The position numbers and the translations under genes were made by a program. From positions 6,572,001 through 6,636,000 of the forward strand of contig JANJGN010000034.1 in NCBI GenBank assembly GCA_026770705.1: a stretch of 64,000 nt of DNA, given 5' to 3'. Below, in pieces: positions 12,425 to 25,531 of the stretch. The DNA is from Isurus oxyrinchus (lineage: Eukaryota). How positions within the stretch are numbered: position 1 is the first letter of the stretch; each line of letters begins with the position of its first letter. The notes below the pieces were generated by a model. It was not told the origin of the DNA and ran no database searches. It was given only the letters and a program-made list of their open reading frames with translations.

Positions 12425-13085
12425 TAGAAATATTGAAAATAGTAGCATGAGTAGGCACACCGGCTCTTGGAACCGGCTCCACCATTCATTATGACCATGG
12501 CTGATCATCCACCTCAATAGCCTGGTCCGACCATTTTCTCATTGATCCATTTCACTGAAAGAGCTATATCTAACTCCTTCTTCAAAACATAATGGTTTGG
12601 CCTCAACTATCCCTTTGGTAGCGAATTCCACAGGCACACCTTTGTCCTCATCTCAGTCTTAAATGGTCTACCCCGTATCCTCAACCTGTGACCGCTGGTC
12701 TTGGACTTCCCCTACATCGGGCACATCCTTCCTGCATCTATCCTGTATAGTTCTGTTAGAAATCTGTAACTTTTATGAGATCAACCCTCATTCCTCTGAA
12801 TTCCAACTAATATAATCCTAACAGACTCAATCTCTCCTCATATGTCACTCCTGCCATCCCAGGAATCAGTCTGGTAAACATTTTCTGCACTCGCTTTATA
12901 GCCAAAACATCATTTCTCAGATATGGAGACCAAAACTGCACACAATATTCCAGGTTAGGCCTCGGCAAGGCCGTTTATAATTGCAGCAAAGCACCCATTC
13001 TCCTGTAGTCGAATACTCTCGATATGAAGGCCAACATACAATTTGCCTTATTTATCGCCTGCTGCACCTGCATGCTTACCTTCAG
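12425..13085 (-). mobile_element. CR1 LINE 3' end, antisense
   Basis: gtaggcacaccggctc...atggctgatc...gaccaaaactgcacacaatattccagg is typical antisense CR1 RT/3' UTR. Confidence 0.85.
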
Positions 13086-13849
13086 TGGCCAATTGGGAAG
13101 TGCTATGCTGAGTGCCGAAAGAAACTGTCAACTTCAGAAGATAGAAAACATGGACAGGCTTTAGACAACAAATCAGAAAATAAAGTACAGGAGAATAAAG
13201 GCAACCAGATAAATTTTGGCCTTCTGACGGAGATAAAATTAACCGCAGAGAAGCTTTGAAATGAAGGATGATGAAACACAGTATCAACTCAAGGGTGATA
13301 AAGTAATATAGACTGCCAAGAATATAATCTGGGTGCAGGAAATCAAATTCCAGCGCGGCTGCTCGTGGAGTTTATGAATTCAACCTTTACATTAAACAAA
13401 GAGGAAACAGATGCCAGCAACAGTGGTGATACATACGAAGCTACCACATGGCAAAGATAAATCCTTTTTTCACTAATATCATTTCGGGAAGGCATCCTTC
13501 AACCTTAACTTCTCTGCCCTATTCACACATGGTGATGACTAGTGTGTAACGTCAGCCTGCGTTTCTTTTTGCATGATGTGGTTCACAGGCCACCAGGCCA
13601 AATATGGACTTTAAAAAATTCCAATGGAGTTTAACTGGCTTCCTTAGGGTAAATAGAAATAGACCTGAGGGTCTCATGGGAATAAAACACTAAGAGGCAA
13701 TGACAGTTAAAAAAATAATAATTGTAACCGGGATTGGGACTTCCGATGTTTAATATTGGCAGTACAAAGCACGCTGAGGAACGAAGAAATGTTAAAGGTG
13801 AACTGGTGAATATACTGTCCTCAGAAAATCACAAGTCCCACACTAAATC

Positions 13850-14440
13850 TTATTGCGGACAACAAAAGTTCATGGCATAGGGGGTAACATATTGGCATGG
13901 TTAAAACATTGGATCGGTTAACAGAAAACAGGGAGTAGGCATATATGGGCCCTTCTCAGGTTGGCAAGGTATAACGAGTGGTGTGCCACAGGGATCTTTT
14001 CCGTGGCCTGAACCGTTTACAATAAATAAATGTGTGTATATATATATATCAATGACTTGGATGGAGGGATAGATGGGATGGTTGACAAGTTTTCTGACGG
14101 CCCAAAGATAGATCAGAAAGTAACTTGGGAAGAGGACAGAAGGAGGATACAAAATAATATATAAGGGTTAAGTAAGTAGGCAAGGATCTGACAAGTGGAG
14201 TAAAATGTTGGAAAATATGAAAATGTCCATTTTGTAATAAACAAAATGTAATTTAATGTTATCTAAATGGTGAGAGATCGCAGAACTCTTACCTGCAGCG
14301 TGACCTCGTTGCCTTAGTACATGAATCGCAAAAGGCTGGCATGAAGCTGCAGTACGTAATTAGCAAATCCAATAAAATGTTATCATTTATTGCAGGGGGA
14401 ATTGAATACAAAAGTCAACAATTCATGCTTCAGTTATATA
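13850..14440 (+). mobile_element. CR1 LINE RT fragment
   Basis: catggcatagggggtaacatattggcatgg...agtggtgtgccacagggatc (SGVPQGS) ...gcagggggaattgaatacaaaag. Confidence 0.85.
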
Positions 14441-14539
14441 CTGGAGAACATTGTTGCTACTGTAGGTCTACAAATGTTGTTGAGGGAACAAACAGAAAGG
14501 AAATAATAATTGGCTCTCACCCATTTATTTAACGCATAG

Positions 14540-14708
14540 ATGCATAAGCCCATCACAATATTGACATTAGTGAAAACCATTCAGTAATTGTGGAGCATAA
14601 CTCTGTTTTCACATGGAAGGTACCCCATCGTGCTGTGTGGAATTACTGCAATCATCAATGGCATATATTCATTATAAAGCCAGAAGCTAAATTCTTGAAT
14701 TGCAATAG
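14540..14708 (+). pseudogene. Copy B exon
   Basis: catag|...YPIVLCGITA...IAIG|gtacta; resembles DHLLVCAVDK...NALLG. Confidence 0.6.
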
Positions 14709-14807
14709 GTACTATGGGGCATCCCCAACAGCAGTATTGCACTCAACAGAAATATGTAACTGCAGAGCACGCTATGTCCCTCAATCTTTCTTTTACATAC
14801 GGTGCAG

Positions 14808-15186
14808 GTGTACATAATGTACATTGTGGGAAAAGACGTCAGGAGTAGCTGCAAACATACCTCGAATTGAAAAGCCAAGATAATGAAGAAGCAACACAAG
14901 ACACATATTTGGACTATTTTTAATGGACATTTTAACCGACGCCACAGCAAAATGATTGGATGAGAGCTCTGCAATCCTATCAAAGCCAATCCTGAATGGT
15001 GGTGGAGAAATGTACAAGGAGGAGCAACAGATCTCCCGGTATTATTTGACTCGTGGATTTCAGCACTGCAGTGCAAATGGAAGGCTGAATAATTGCAACC
15101 AGTTTCAGACAAGAGTGTTTAGCAGATGATCTAACTCAGCGTCATCCTGCAATTGCCACAATGATATATTCCTGTTTTTGCTTTAT
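14808..15186 (+). pseudogene. Copy B exon
   Basis: Pyrimidine tract then gtgcag|; GVHNVHCGKR~GFSGNCVGCGKK; EEQQISRYYLTRGFQ~KKQKHLKYYLVRNAQ (RYYLTR 15037-15054). 3' end approximate. Confidence 0.7.
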
Positions 15187-15479
15187 GTTAGTCACTAAAA
15201 ACGATGCCAATGAACGCCTGAATGCAATGGATATAGCTAAAATTATGAGCCCCAGGGGTCGCGTAGTTATATTGTCAGGGGATCGTAGACATCCAGCATT
15301 AGGCCATGTGTGGAACTTGCATTCGATTTAAAATGTTTGATAATGGTCATATTATAGATTTCCTTATGAACTTTAAAGAAGGAATTCTGTGGCTCTTAGC
15401 TGACCTGACTTAACCTGTGACTCCAGGTCCGCAGTAATGTGGTTCAGTGTTAAATGTGAACAAGGAATGAAACGGGCGG

Positions 15480-18185
15480 ATCACTCAGCATCGAGCCAGG
15501 CGTTGGAAACGACAGCAGAAAACCCAGCGCTGCAAAGTCCGCCTTACTAACAACTGGGGACTTGTGCCAAGATTGACAGAGTTGCCAGACTGACTAGGCA
15601 AGGAAAAATCTGATCTAGTCATGCGCATACACATGGGCTGTGTAGTAATGTCCCAGCAAAAGAACAGCTGGAGTGGTGCTAATATGATATGAAGTCGGGA
15701 GGGAGATGATATGGGCGTCCTCAGCATGGAGTCTGGTACCCAATTTCGCTGATGCAGCAGTGCTCCAACATGTTGAACAGCACTTGGAGGAAGCACTGAG
15801 TGTGGCAAGATTTGTCAATGTACTCTGGGTGTGGAAATTCAATGCTTATCACGGCGATTGGCTGGGCAGCCCCACGACAAAATGTCCTGGCCGGGTCCTA
15901 AAGGACATAGCTGTTATACGGGATCATTGGAATGTGGTGAGGGAGCCACTATGTCGGGAGAAATCTTGACTTCATTCTCAGCAATCTGTCTGCCGCACAT
16001 GCCTCAATCTATGAAACTTTTGGCATGGGTGACTATTACAAATTCGCTGTGGATGTGAATTCACAGCTTCGCATTTAGGATAAGCTGGACCGTGTTGAAT
16101 GCCACTACTGGCGTTTTCGAATAAACCTGTAACATAAGACTGGGCCATTATTAGGCGCTGTGGGCCAACAGCAGCGGCAGATTTGTACTCAACCACATTC
16201 TCTAACCTCATTTTCCGGCATATCCGCTACATCGCTATTGCCGTCAAGGCAGTTAATTAGCCCTGTTCAATGATGATTACAGGAGGGCTTGCCAGGAGCA
16301 GCACTAGGCATACCTTAACATTTGGTGTTAAACTGATGAAGCTACAACAAAGGGCTAGAAGCGTGCAAACATCATAAACAGCAAGTGATAGACACAGATG
16401 AACGATTATACAAGCAATGGATCAGAATCAAGCTCTACAATTTCTGCCACTTCCAGCTACTAGGGGAGGAGGCTCCACAGATATCTCTATGCATAGTGAT
16501 GGAAAAGCCCAGGTAGGCAATGCAAAAGTTGAGCTTGACGCATTGACAACAAACTTCAACCAAAAACAACAGATTGGATGATTCACCTTCACATCCTCCG
16601 GAGGTCCCCTGCATTACCGCTGCCAGTCTTCAGCTATTTCAATAAATTCCGCGGGATATCAAGAAAAGGCTGAAGGCATTGGAGTTAGCAACGACTTTGA
16701 TATTATTCCAGCAATATTACAAAAGTTGTGTGCTCCCAAAGCTGTCACCACCCTACCCAAACTCTTCGAGCACAACAGTAACGCCTGACATATTCCCAGC
16801 AATGCTGAATCTTGCCAGTTATGTACTGTTGACTAAAAAGGAGAACAAGACGAAGCCGACGGATTATCGCCCCATAAGTTTATTGTCCACCATCAGTAAA
16901 GTGTTGGATTGGTCATCACCAACACAGCAGAGGGCCATATGCTTAGATATAACCTAGTCGCTGACACTCAGTTTATATTCCGTCAGGTTCAGACAGCTTC
17001 GGACCTCATTATAACCTTGTGTCGAACATGGTCAAAAGCTCTGAATTCCAACGGTGGGGTGAGAGTAACTGTCCTTGTCATCAAGCCAGCATTTCACCCA
17101 GTCTGAGATCAAGGAGCGCTAGACTCCTTGGTAAATGTGAATCATGGGGATATGCCTGCGCTGGTTCGAGTCATACCTAGCACAATGGAGGTTGGTTGTG
17201 GTTTGCTGGACGTCAGTCATCTCACTTACAGAACATCACTACAGCCCGTGCTCAGGGAAGTACCCTGGGTCCAACAACCTTCAGCTTCTTCATCAATGAC
17301 ACCTTACACCTTAATGTCAGAAGAGGAGATGGTCGCTGAAGATTGCACAATGATCAACAAACCATTCACTACAATATGTAGGGTTAGGCTGACACGTGGA
17401 AGGTAACAGTCCCAATGGAAATGCAGGTCAATGGCCTCCTCTAACAAGAAATTATCTAAACATCACGGTTTGACATTCAATAGCGTTGCCATCACTAAAT
17501 CTCCCTTTATCAACTTACTGGGGGCTACCACTGACCAGCAAAATAATTCAACTAGCCTTATAAATGCTGTGGCTACAGGAGCAGGTCAGATGCTAGGAAT
17601 CCTGAGGCTAGTAGCTCACCTCTTCACTCCGAAAATTCTGACCACTGGCTATAAGATACAAATCGTGCATGTGATGGAGTGCTCCTCGCTTTCCAGCAAG
17701 AGTGCCACTCCAAAAACACTGAAGCAGCTTGATCGCGTCCAGGAAAAAGCGGTCCGCAAGACCTGTGCCCCTTCCACACACATTCACTCCCTGCAGCAAC
17801 TATGTACAATGGAAACACGGTGTGACTGTGCTAGATGCACTGCAGAAACTCACCAAGGCTCCTTTGGTAGTACCTTTAAAAACGCACAGCTTCTACCACC
17901 AAAAATGACAGGGGCAGCAGGTACAAGGGAGCACCAACCCCTGTTGGTTCCCGTCCAAGCCACTCACCAAGCTGCATTGGAAATATAACGTCGTCTTTTC
18001 ACGATCGCTCGGCTAAAACCTTAAAACCCCCTTCCTAAAACACTGTAGGTGTGCATAATGCACAAGGACTGCAACTGTTCAAGTAGGCAGCTCACCACCA
18101 CCTGCTCAAGTGCAATTACTGATGGGCAATGAATGCTGGTCCAACCTGGGAAGCCCATCTCTCTTAAATTAATTAAAAAAAATAC
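15480..18185 (+). mobile_element. CR1-group LINE, long decayed copy (APE endonuclease + RT + 3' tail + A-rich end)
   Basis: FNAYHGDWLGSPTT..GRVLKDIA (APE); DYRPISLLSTISKV; QFIFRQ..ASDLI; GYKIQI..VMECS (RT); tail ctcaccaccacctgctcaagtgcaattactgatgggcaatgaatgctgg then A-rich. Confidence 0.9.
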
Positions 18186-18229
18186 AAATCAAAGTTAAGC
18201 AATTCGCTGAACATTAGCTCCAAGTTTTA

Positions 18230-19650
18230 GATTCTTCCTCGACACCTAGATGCCCAATATCTACCCATCCAGGTCGAAAAGGCCGAGTTATTCCCAGTCT
18301 GAAAAATGCACAAAAGTTATCATCCATCCAGTTAAAGCAACATATTTTAACTTTCATTTATAAAAAAACATGAAAGATGCCATTGACCGTTCTATCATTG
18401 GCACTTAAACAACAATAGCCTGTTGAAAAATGCACATTTTGGATTCTGCCAAGGTAATTCGGCTCCTGACATCGGTGAACCTTGTTTCAAAGGTCCCAGC
18501 AGTGCCACACCCAGCCATGGCGTGAGTGTGATTTCCCGTGATATCAATGAAGCGTCAAATACCCCGGAAAGATTGTGAGGCGGCGGGTGAGGTGATATCC
18601 ATTATTTGTAGTTAGATCAAGCTGGAAAGGAATTGTTATTGTTTTCTAGAACCTGTCGGATCAATCCCAAGGCATCGGTGCAGAAATTCTTGAGGGAAAT
18701 GTTTGCCACCCAAACATTTTAATTTTCTTCAGCAATGACCTCACTTCCATCATATGGTCAAGCAGAAGAGGGCAAGTTCGCTGACCATTGGACAGTATTC
18801 AGACGTAATTCCTCATTTGTGCCCATATGCAAAAATGGCTTGAAAATATGCAGGCTTAGGCAAAAAATACGATGAAACGGTCGGCCATGCAAGAGGCAGG
18901 CAATAGCAATTTACAACAAAAGAAAACTTAATCATGTTCCATTGTCAATGCTGATTGCCTTACCAGCTGTATCCTGGGGATAAGCTTCTTTGTGGAGCTT
19001 AATTGACCGGCGATGTAAAGGTTGTAGCTATAAAATCACTTCACACACTGGAAACTATGTAGCGAGTAACTCACAGTAAAGCTCCCCAAGGCCTTTTCCC
19101 ATGTACAGCCATGAGTCAGGACAGTGATGGACAATGCCTGCAAGGCTAAAAATCCATCATGACTGAAGAGGTGTGACGCTATCCAGGATATAATGATAAC
19201 ATCATTATTAATAATAATAATAACAACAATTAGCCCTCTTCTTCAGCATCTTATGCATTGTCTGACCATCGATGTGCAACGGCAGCTTTCCTTTCTGTAA
19301 AAAAAATGATGCGCTGCAGCATCTAAGGACATGTCATTCAGCCGCAATTTCCAAGTTCGTGACATAAACCAATTAGATAGGAAAACACAGTAAACGTACG
19401 GGAAGACCAGAGCATTCAATTTCCTGTAAAAACAAAAACACAGAGCATCCTGTAATGGGAAAAAAACAAATACCTACATGCTTTTCCATGTGACTGACAC
19501 CAAATCCTGGAGGTTTGTTCATAGCACAATCTTGTTGTGCGTACACCTCATGGAATGCAATGTTTGAAGATGGATTACCATCACATTCGAAAGCGAAAAT
19601 ATAGTTGGCTACACTTGCCAGTGACGCTCATGTCCTGTGAAGGAACATAT
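18230..19650 (+). mobile_element. Second, older CR1-group LINE RT/3' fragment
   Basis: Degenerate similarity to the preceding element, ending cacttgccagtgacgctcatgtcctgtgaa. Confidence 0.6.
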
Positions 19651-20061
19651 CTGAAAATGAAATTAAAGTTGTTGACGTAGAAAAAACATTTCCAATTTTA
19701 TGTACCTAAATGGTCCAAAATGGGCAAATATATTTGTCAATTTGTGATACGATTAGGCACCATGCAATCATAAATTTGTTTCTGTCGAATTACGGCCGTC
19801 TATTCATGCACCAATCGTGAAGCGACCATAATTTCGAGTGAATGGTCTAATTTTGCTGTAATAACGAGGACCGTATGAATTCCATGCAACATGTGACTGT
19901 CCACATCTCGCTCAAAAACACACTTGAAATTTTGTAATGAAATCAGCTCGGAAAGAAATGTTAATATTTCGCTTTAAAAGTTATTCGGTTTGGGCTGCAT
20001 TATTCAAATTTATTTTCTTTGCTTAGTCTAAGTTCTACAATGTGTGCTCATATTAATGCAG

Positions 20062-20088
20062 AAAAAAAGTTGATTAAGAAACAAACAG
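20062..20088 (+). CDS. 27-bp phase-1 micro-exon (E)KKLIKKQT
   Basis: taatgcag|aaaaaaagttgattaagaaacaaacag|gtaaga. Confidence 0.65.
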
Positions 20089-20189
20089 GTAAGAAATGAA
20101 CAGGCAAAAGTATTTGGGAAGATCACGCTTCAGTTAAACAAAATAAAATCACCAGCTCCGACCTTTCTGACGCAGCGAAATAGATATAT

Positions 20190-20460
20190 CACTGTTGAAT
20201 GGATCGTTTAGAAGCATGGGATCTTGTTATTATTGAATGGAAACATTGGTTACAAAAGCCGACACGTTTTGCTGAATCTCGCTGTAAGCCTCTGGTTTGG
20301 CTACAGGTGGAGAATTGCTTCCAGCTCTGTACGCCGCATCTAGCGAAGAATGTGCATATGTTGAGCGGGGGCAGAACCGATTTTGGAAAATTAGTCAAAT
20401 AATGAGATAATTTAGCTGCAATGTTAATTACGCTAAGCAATACATCTCAGCCTTAATTTA
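20190..20460 (+). pseudogene. Copy B exon
   Basis: ORF 20199-20402 KPTRFAESRCKPLVWLQVENCFQLC~VPDNLLKICKAKPVIFKGHGNFPYLC; boundaries approximate. Confidence 0.6.
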
Positions 20461-20878
20461 AGAACCGAATTCCAACCCTACGGAGCAGAGAGTTTCCGTT
20501 ATCTAGTTCTCTTCCTGGAATAAATAATTATGTGTATGTCAGCCTCCTTGAACTGGTAGCCAACATTCGTTTAGACTCCAAGATTGTTCATTGCACATGT
20601 CAACATGCTTAACAAGATTTGTGTACCTGCACTCCAAACGCTTTTTTAAAATATTTTTGTGATGTGCAACACTTATCTTTCCTTTTAATCATGATTTTAA
20701 CCTATGATGTTTAAAGTAGGCGTCCCGAAAGGCAGGGGCAAATCTCCGGAAGGTAACCACGTTTTTCAACTATATTTAGGAAAGCTATTTTCTTTAATAG
20801 ACAATAAACAGCTTTTCAATTATTACTGTCTATTTCATACATAACTCTTCAACTTTCTCCCCGTTTTTCCACCGGCAG

Positions 20879-21260
20879 AAATTGTGACCCTATTTTTTCT
20901 AATGTGGCAAAGAATGACTGTGCAAAGTGTTTTCAAGTGGGTATGGAAAAAATCTTGAAAACATATTCCACCAGTTATTTGCAAAGAACGTGGAACATGA
21001 AGAAAATCATCAATAGCTTCCATGCAATTTGCGTTTGAAAACCTTCAACCATTCTACCTCCCTGGCGCTCAAAGCATTTAAATTGCAATACATTATCCCT
21101 GGATGTGTTAAAATACAACTTCTTTAACCTGATACAACAAAATAAGTATCTTTTCCAACAGCTAAAATTCGTGCCGAAGGCATTTAACCATCTTCTCATG
21201 GGGAATGTCGCAATCTTCTAACTCTTTATTGCACTTCCGGTCAAATACGTTGGCTGCAAG
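20879..21260 (+). pseudogene. Copy B exon
   Basis: ttttccaccggcag| ... GI*PSSHGECRNLLTLY~AIQPISEEMQLLLTVY ... caag|gtaatc. Confidence 0.7.
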
Positions 21261-21479
21261 GTAATCCGCAGCTTCGGCAGCCTAAACTCTGAGATCAAAA
21301 TCATTATAGCTGCATAGGTTCTGGCATACTTTCCTGCAACATTACAAGGAGCATTACATCCTCCGATCAATATGAAGACTTAACAAGTTGCAATACGCTA
21401 TTTTATGAATCCGTTTTGTTGTCTAAGCACTATCTTCCTATTCACTACCGCCTTCAGGGGTGTATGCACGTCAGCTCTC

Positions 21480-22300
21480 AGGAAGTAATAACCATTTAAG
21501 AGCGGTGACACTAACCAAACTGTTCTCTCCCCATTGCCTTTGTGATAGTGCATCAACATATATCCGTGGGATATCTGAAATTCTACCAGTCAATATATGT
21601 CCTCTTCCAGTCAATTGATACCATTTTCAGTGTCAGGCTCACCTCCAAGTTTGAAGGTATTGACAGTTTTTGAAAGCCCACTTGGTATTCACAAACATAA
21701 GTGGTGCATCACGACTAAACATATCAGGGATGTTAACACTGAACCTTGGCTAAGAACACTGATGAAAACATTAAGTATGCGGCAAAACGACTTACTAACA
21801 TCTTCGCATAAAACATTTCACTTGATATAATATATCTTACTTAAAGAGTCAAAAGACCATGCCTGTTCCACAGTCACCGGCTCCACTAAAATAGCCTTTT
21901 ATGTGAGATTTGCAAATATGATCATTTAAATCCATATAAGAAGAATCTGTCACTTTCCCTCAATCAAATCCGCACATTTGCTTCAACGGGAACATCAGTT
22001 GAAATAAATTAATCAGGTCCTGTTTTAATAAACTCGTTCTGGCTGCTCTTAATTAACTCACATTTGCCAAATATTTGACAACCTTATACCCATCAAAGAT
22101 AATGCATTTTTTCAAAAAAAAATATTCTCCGCTGTTTTAAAACTGATCAGCTGTATGTAGCAAGAATGTCCTGTGAAACTTTCCTGATTGAAGTTGTCAC
22201 ATGTGATGTTCTCAAATCCTCTGGCATATTCCAGTATCCACAGAAGGTTGGAAGGTTATGGCAATTCTTTCCTTTGAGGCGGCCCACATTTCTCCCTGCA
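21480..22300 (-). mobile_element. Decayed CR1 LINE RT fragment
   Basis: Antisense CR1 text (ccggctccactaaaatagcctttt...tcaaatccgcacatttg...aaactcgttctggctgctc). Confidence 0.55.
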
Positions 22301-22394
22301 AACCAAGATGCAAGCCCTCCAGGCAGAGCTGGGCATAGACACCGCTCTCAGGGCACCCTTCTTCTTAGTTTTCATGCTATACATTACCTCCACC

Positions 22395-22960
22395 ATCTAT
22401 CTATTTGCCTGCCTGTCTGTCTGTCTATTTTTCTATGTATGTATACAAGTATGTATGTATGTATCTAACTACCTACCTACTTACCTTTCTATCCGTCTGT
22501 ATGTCTGTTTGCTTATCTTTCTGTTTATATATCTACAGCTATCGACATTTTCATGCGACCATCTACCATTATCTCGCCATCTATTTATCATTCTATTCAC
22601 GTATATTTCTGCTATCTATACGTCTATTATTCAGCTGCTCACGACTATTTATCTATCTGTTTACCAATATTTCATTGCTTAGCTTTAACTGTATATTCTC
22701 TACCAAACTATCTCCCGTCATTTACATAACTATATCTCTACTAATCAGCTATTTAGCCATCTATAACCTGCATGCATTGGGTCATTTTCTAACGCTACCA
22801 GCCCGTCTTGCTTGATCTATTGGTAAATGTATCCACAATTAGTAATCTGCCTATTTTCTCAAATTTATCTCTATCAATTGAGCTATTTCTCTAGGAAGTT
22901 GGTTTCATATACCTCTGGATTATAACCCAAATATCTAAATATTTATCTGCATTAACCGAA
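22395..22960. repeat. Degenerate (TATC/TATG/TGTC)n tetranucleotide low-complexity tract
   Basis: atctatctatttgcctgcctgtctgtctgtctatt...tatgtatgtatgtatctaactacctacctac; explains spurious ORFs 22166-22815. Confidence 0.9.
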
Positions 22961-22964
22961 TAAG

Positions 22965-23080
22965 CAAACTACTTTGATTAATGGAATCCTGAAATAGAAA
23001 TCGGCAAAGCTGAAATTCTGAACCAGTCTCACAGGATCGGTGTAGAGAGAATTGGTGTTCATGTTTAACGTCCAGGAACT
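22965..23080 (+). repeat. Short dispersed chondrichthyan repeat (Penelope-like terminal repeat fragment)
   Basis: ggaatcctgaaatagaaatcggcaaagctgaaattctgaaccagtctcacaggatcggtgtagagagaa...; related copies near 3420(-), 24930, 36470 and 63380. Confidence 0.55.
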
Positions 23081-23721
23081 TACATTCCATCTGCAAGACA
23101 AATTCGCGAAATTTGAGGTTCCTGCAATCGTACGCTGTGTGTCTATGATAGCGAAACGAGCACTTACATGCTCACTTTCATTGATGCTAATTCATCTGCC
23201 AAGCATGCAGAACATTTGGCGATCAGCATAGGAGCAATCAATAGGAAGACATAAATGGATTACTGGCATTGGAAAACAATGGCAGTTTAAAAATATGACA
23301 GATATGTGAAAGATCATACGTTGGTAGGGAAAAGCTGGTGATAATTGAAAATTTTAAAGATATTTTACTGATAAATATAAAATACAAGAAAGATGAACTT
23401 AAAGGTGCATAAACTCAAATTCTTGAATGTGGAAGAACAAGTCGATAAGTGGTTAAGAAATCAATGCAGCCTATGCAACATTCAGCTTATTTTATTTTCG
23501 ATGAAAAACGATTCATTTTATGCCCAGAAGTGAACTTCCTCATGACTGTATATTCCACAGCAGCAGTGATGCCGCTTTCTGCTACAATCCATTCATCTTC
23601 TATGCCCTATTAATGATTTCCAACACAATATTTGCTCATTTTTCGCTTAACCCTGTGGGGAAATAGTTGTTTATTTGTCTTTGCATGTGTTCCCAACTCA
23701 TTGTTGCCTCTTTATTTTCAG

Positions 23722-23748
23722 AACTTCAGGCCCTCCTGGAAAAGACAA
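23722..23748 (+). CDS. 27-bp phase-1 micro-exon (E)LQALLEKT
   Basis: ctctttattttcag|aacttcaggccctcctggaaaagacaa|gtaagt; consensus splice sites. Confidence 0.75.
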
Positions 23749-24662
23749 GTAAGTGTTAACACCCAGTACCAAAATATGGAGCAACGAAACAAAAGGCCAT
23801 TGTTGGATTTGGATTAAAATATTTAAGTGAATTTTTCACAATATACAGAAAAGTAAAAGCTGAGTTACAGATGACATGGCTACCCACTGAACGATGTTGG
23901 AGAACGTCAATATGAGGTATAACCCGACTAATGCAACATAAATAAAAACATACATGCATACACACAAATGTAGCCCACGTTATTCACTAGCCAGCCACAT
24001 GTGGAGACATGGAAAAACATGTCGTGAAGGTTTAACAAATTGCTAACTTTTGAGATCAAGGTTGATGAAGAGAGGCATTTCGGCACACCAAAACTTTAGA
24101 AAGCCATTGGATGGGAGTTTGGGTTTTGACAGCCGCTGATAACGCATCACTGGAAGAGCAATTAATATTTTTAACGTACAACTGTCTAGTAAATAATTGC
24201 TGGGGGGAAAACGTTTTTTCTGGATGAAGCTGGACACCGAGTTAAAAAGTAGGGTGCAAGGTTGACTGTGGTTGAGTATTTTTAAAATCTTTGCGTTGAA
24301 GTACCGAGAAGTGGGCTAGCCAAGTGAACACAGTAATGGTTGGTACGGAGTGAATTCAACACATTAGGGCGATTTCAATATTTATTATGATTCTTGGATG
24401 ATCGCAGGTCTGTAGGAACGTTGGGGTAGACAAGGCCAGAGAAAAGAAAGCAGAATTCCAATAGGAGGTTGAGGTGCAGCAGCGGCTGGAAACGGTTGAA
24501 GAAACAAAGCTCAATTTGGGGCCAAACTATATACCAGGCTTGCACACCACACGGTTCTGCCCACGCATTTATTGGGGAAAGGAATTGAGTCACTACCTAT
24601 TGAATGGATTTGTTTCATGGACATAAATCAATGGTGCTTGTCCCAAAATTTACTTGAGCACA

Positions 24663-25419
24663 TTGTCCGCTACTGAAACCAAGGCAGCGAGTTTGCAAAT
24701 CAGAAACATTGAAATTTGGAAATGATCGCTGGTGCAGTCAGACTGGGTGTGCTCAGTGTGCATATTGCAACTGTCAAGGTCATTGATGAGTAGCTTGTAG
24801 ATGATCAACTTGCAGCATGCTAAAAGCACAGACATTCCAATTGGAAACCCACGGAGCAACATTATTCCACGTCCGATGTTTGGATGGCTAAACATAGTGA
24901 ATCCTGGGTTTCTGAAGTCAAATTTGAACAAACATGAAATGCTCAGAAGGCCTGGCACCATCTGTGGAAATAGAAACTGAACTAACGTTTCAAATCGATG
25001 GCCTTTCGCCAGCGATTGGTAATGTTTGACTAGACAAGGAAAAAAATGCCTTATGAAACTATACCTCTTGGTCTTGAGTTCGGTTTAAAAATAACATAAG
25101 TTGTTTTATTTCATCTATTTCACAATCAATGTAGTAGACTATGATTCAGAGTTGCTACACATACTGCATTACATTTTCAGAGGAAATGACTCCGAATAAA
25201 ATCAGTCATCAACCATGGTCTGACCACGCAAGATTATTTCCATGTTTCGAGCAACTCCATGCCTGAATGCTTCCAATTAGTTTTTACCGCTATTATCGCT
25301 GACAATGGCAGATGCATCATGCACGCTATGCACATCCAACCCGACGCCACCAGCGATCATATCCAGACTTCAATGCTTTTAATTTGCAAACTCGCTGCCT
25401 TAGTTTCAGCAGCGGATAA
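24663..25419. mobile_element. MITE-like element with long imperfect terminal inverted repeats
   Basis: tccgctactgaaaccaaggcagcgagtttgcaaat... (24666+) is the reverse complement of ...atttgcaaactcgctgccttagtttcagcagcgga (to 25416); the two arms give near-identical peptides on opposite strands (SDH.Q.SM.LICKLAALVS.AD). Confidence 0.75.
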
Positions 25420-25504
25420 GCAAAAACGTGTTTTGTTTTCATGTAAGTGTATCCTTTATGGTATTACCATGGTTAATGCATTGAACTCCGAATTGTTTTC
25501 ACAG

Positions 25505-25531
25505 TGAAGCATTTGTTTGAGAAAGAGAACG
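25505..25531 (+). CDS. 27-bp phase-1 micro-exon (M)KHLFEKEN
   Basis: ttgttttcacag|tgaagcatttgtttgagaaagagaacg|gtaagc. Confidence 0.75.

Noticed and set aside
17431-17988. Longest ORF in the track (185 aa)
   Set aside because: C-terminal part of a decayed LINE reverse transcriptase, not a host gene.
22166-22815. Three overlapping 100-136 aa hydrophobic ORFs
   Set aside because: Artefacts of a TATC/TATG low-complexity tract.
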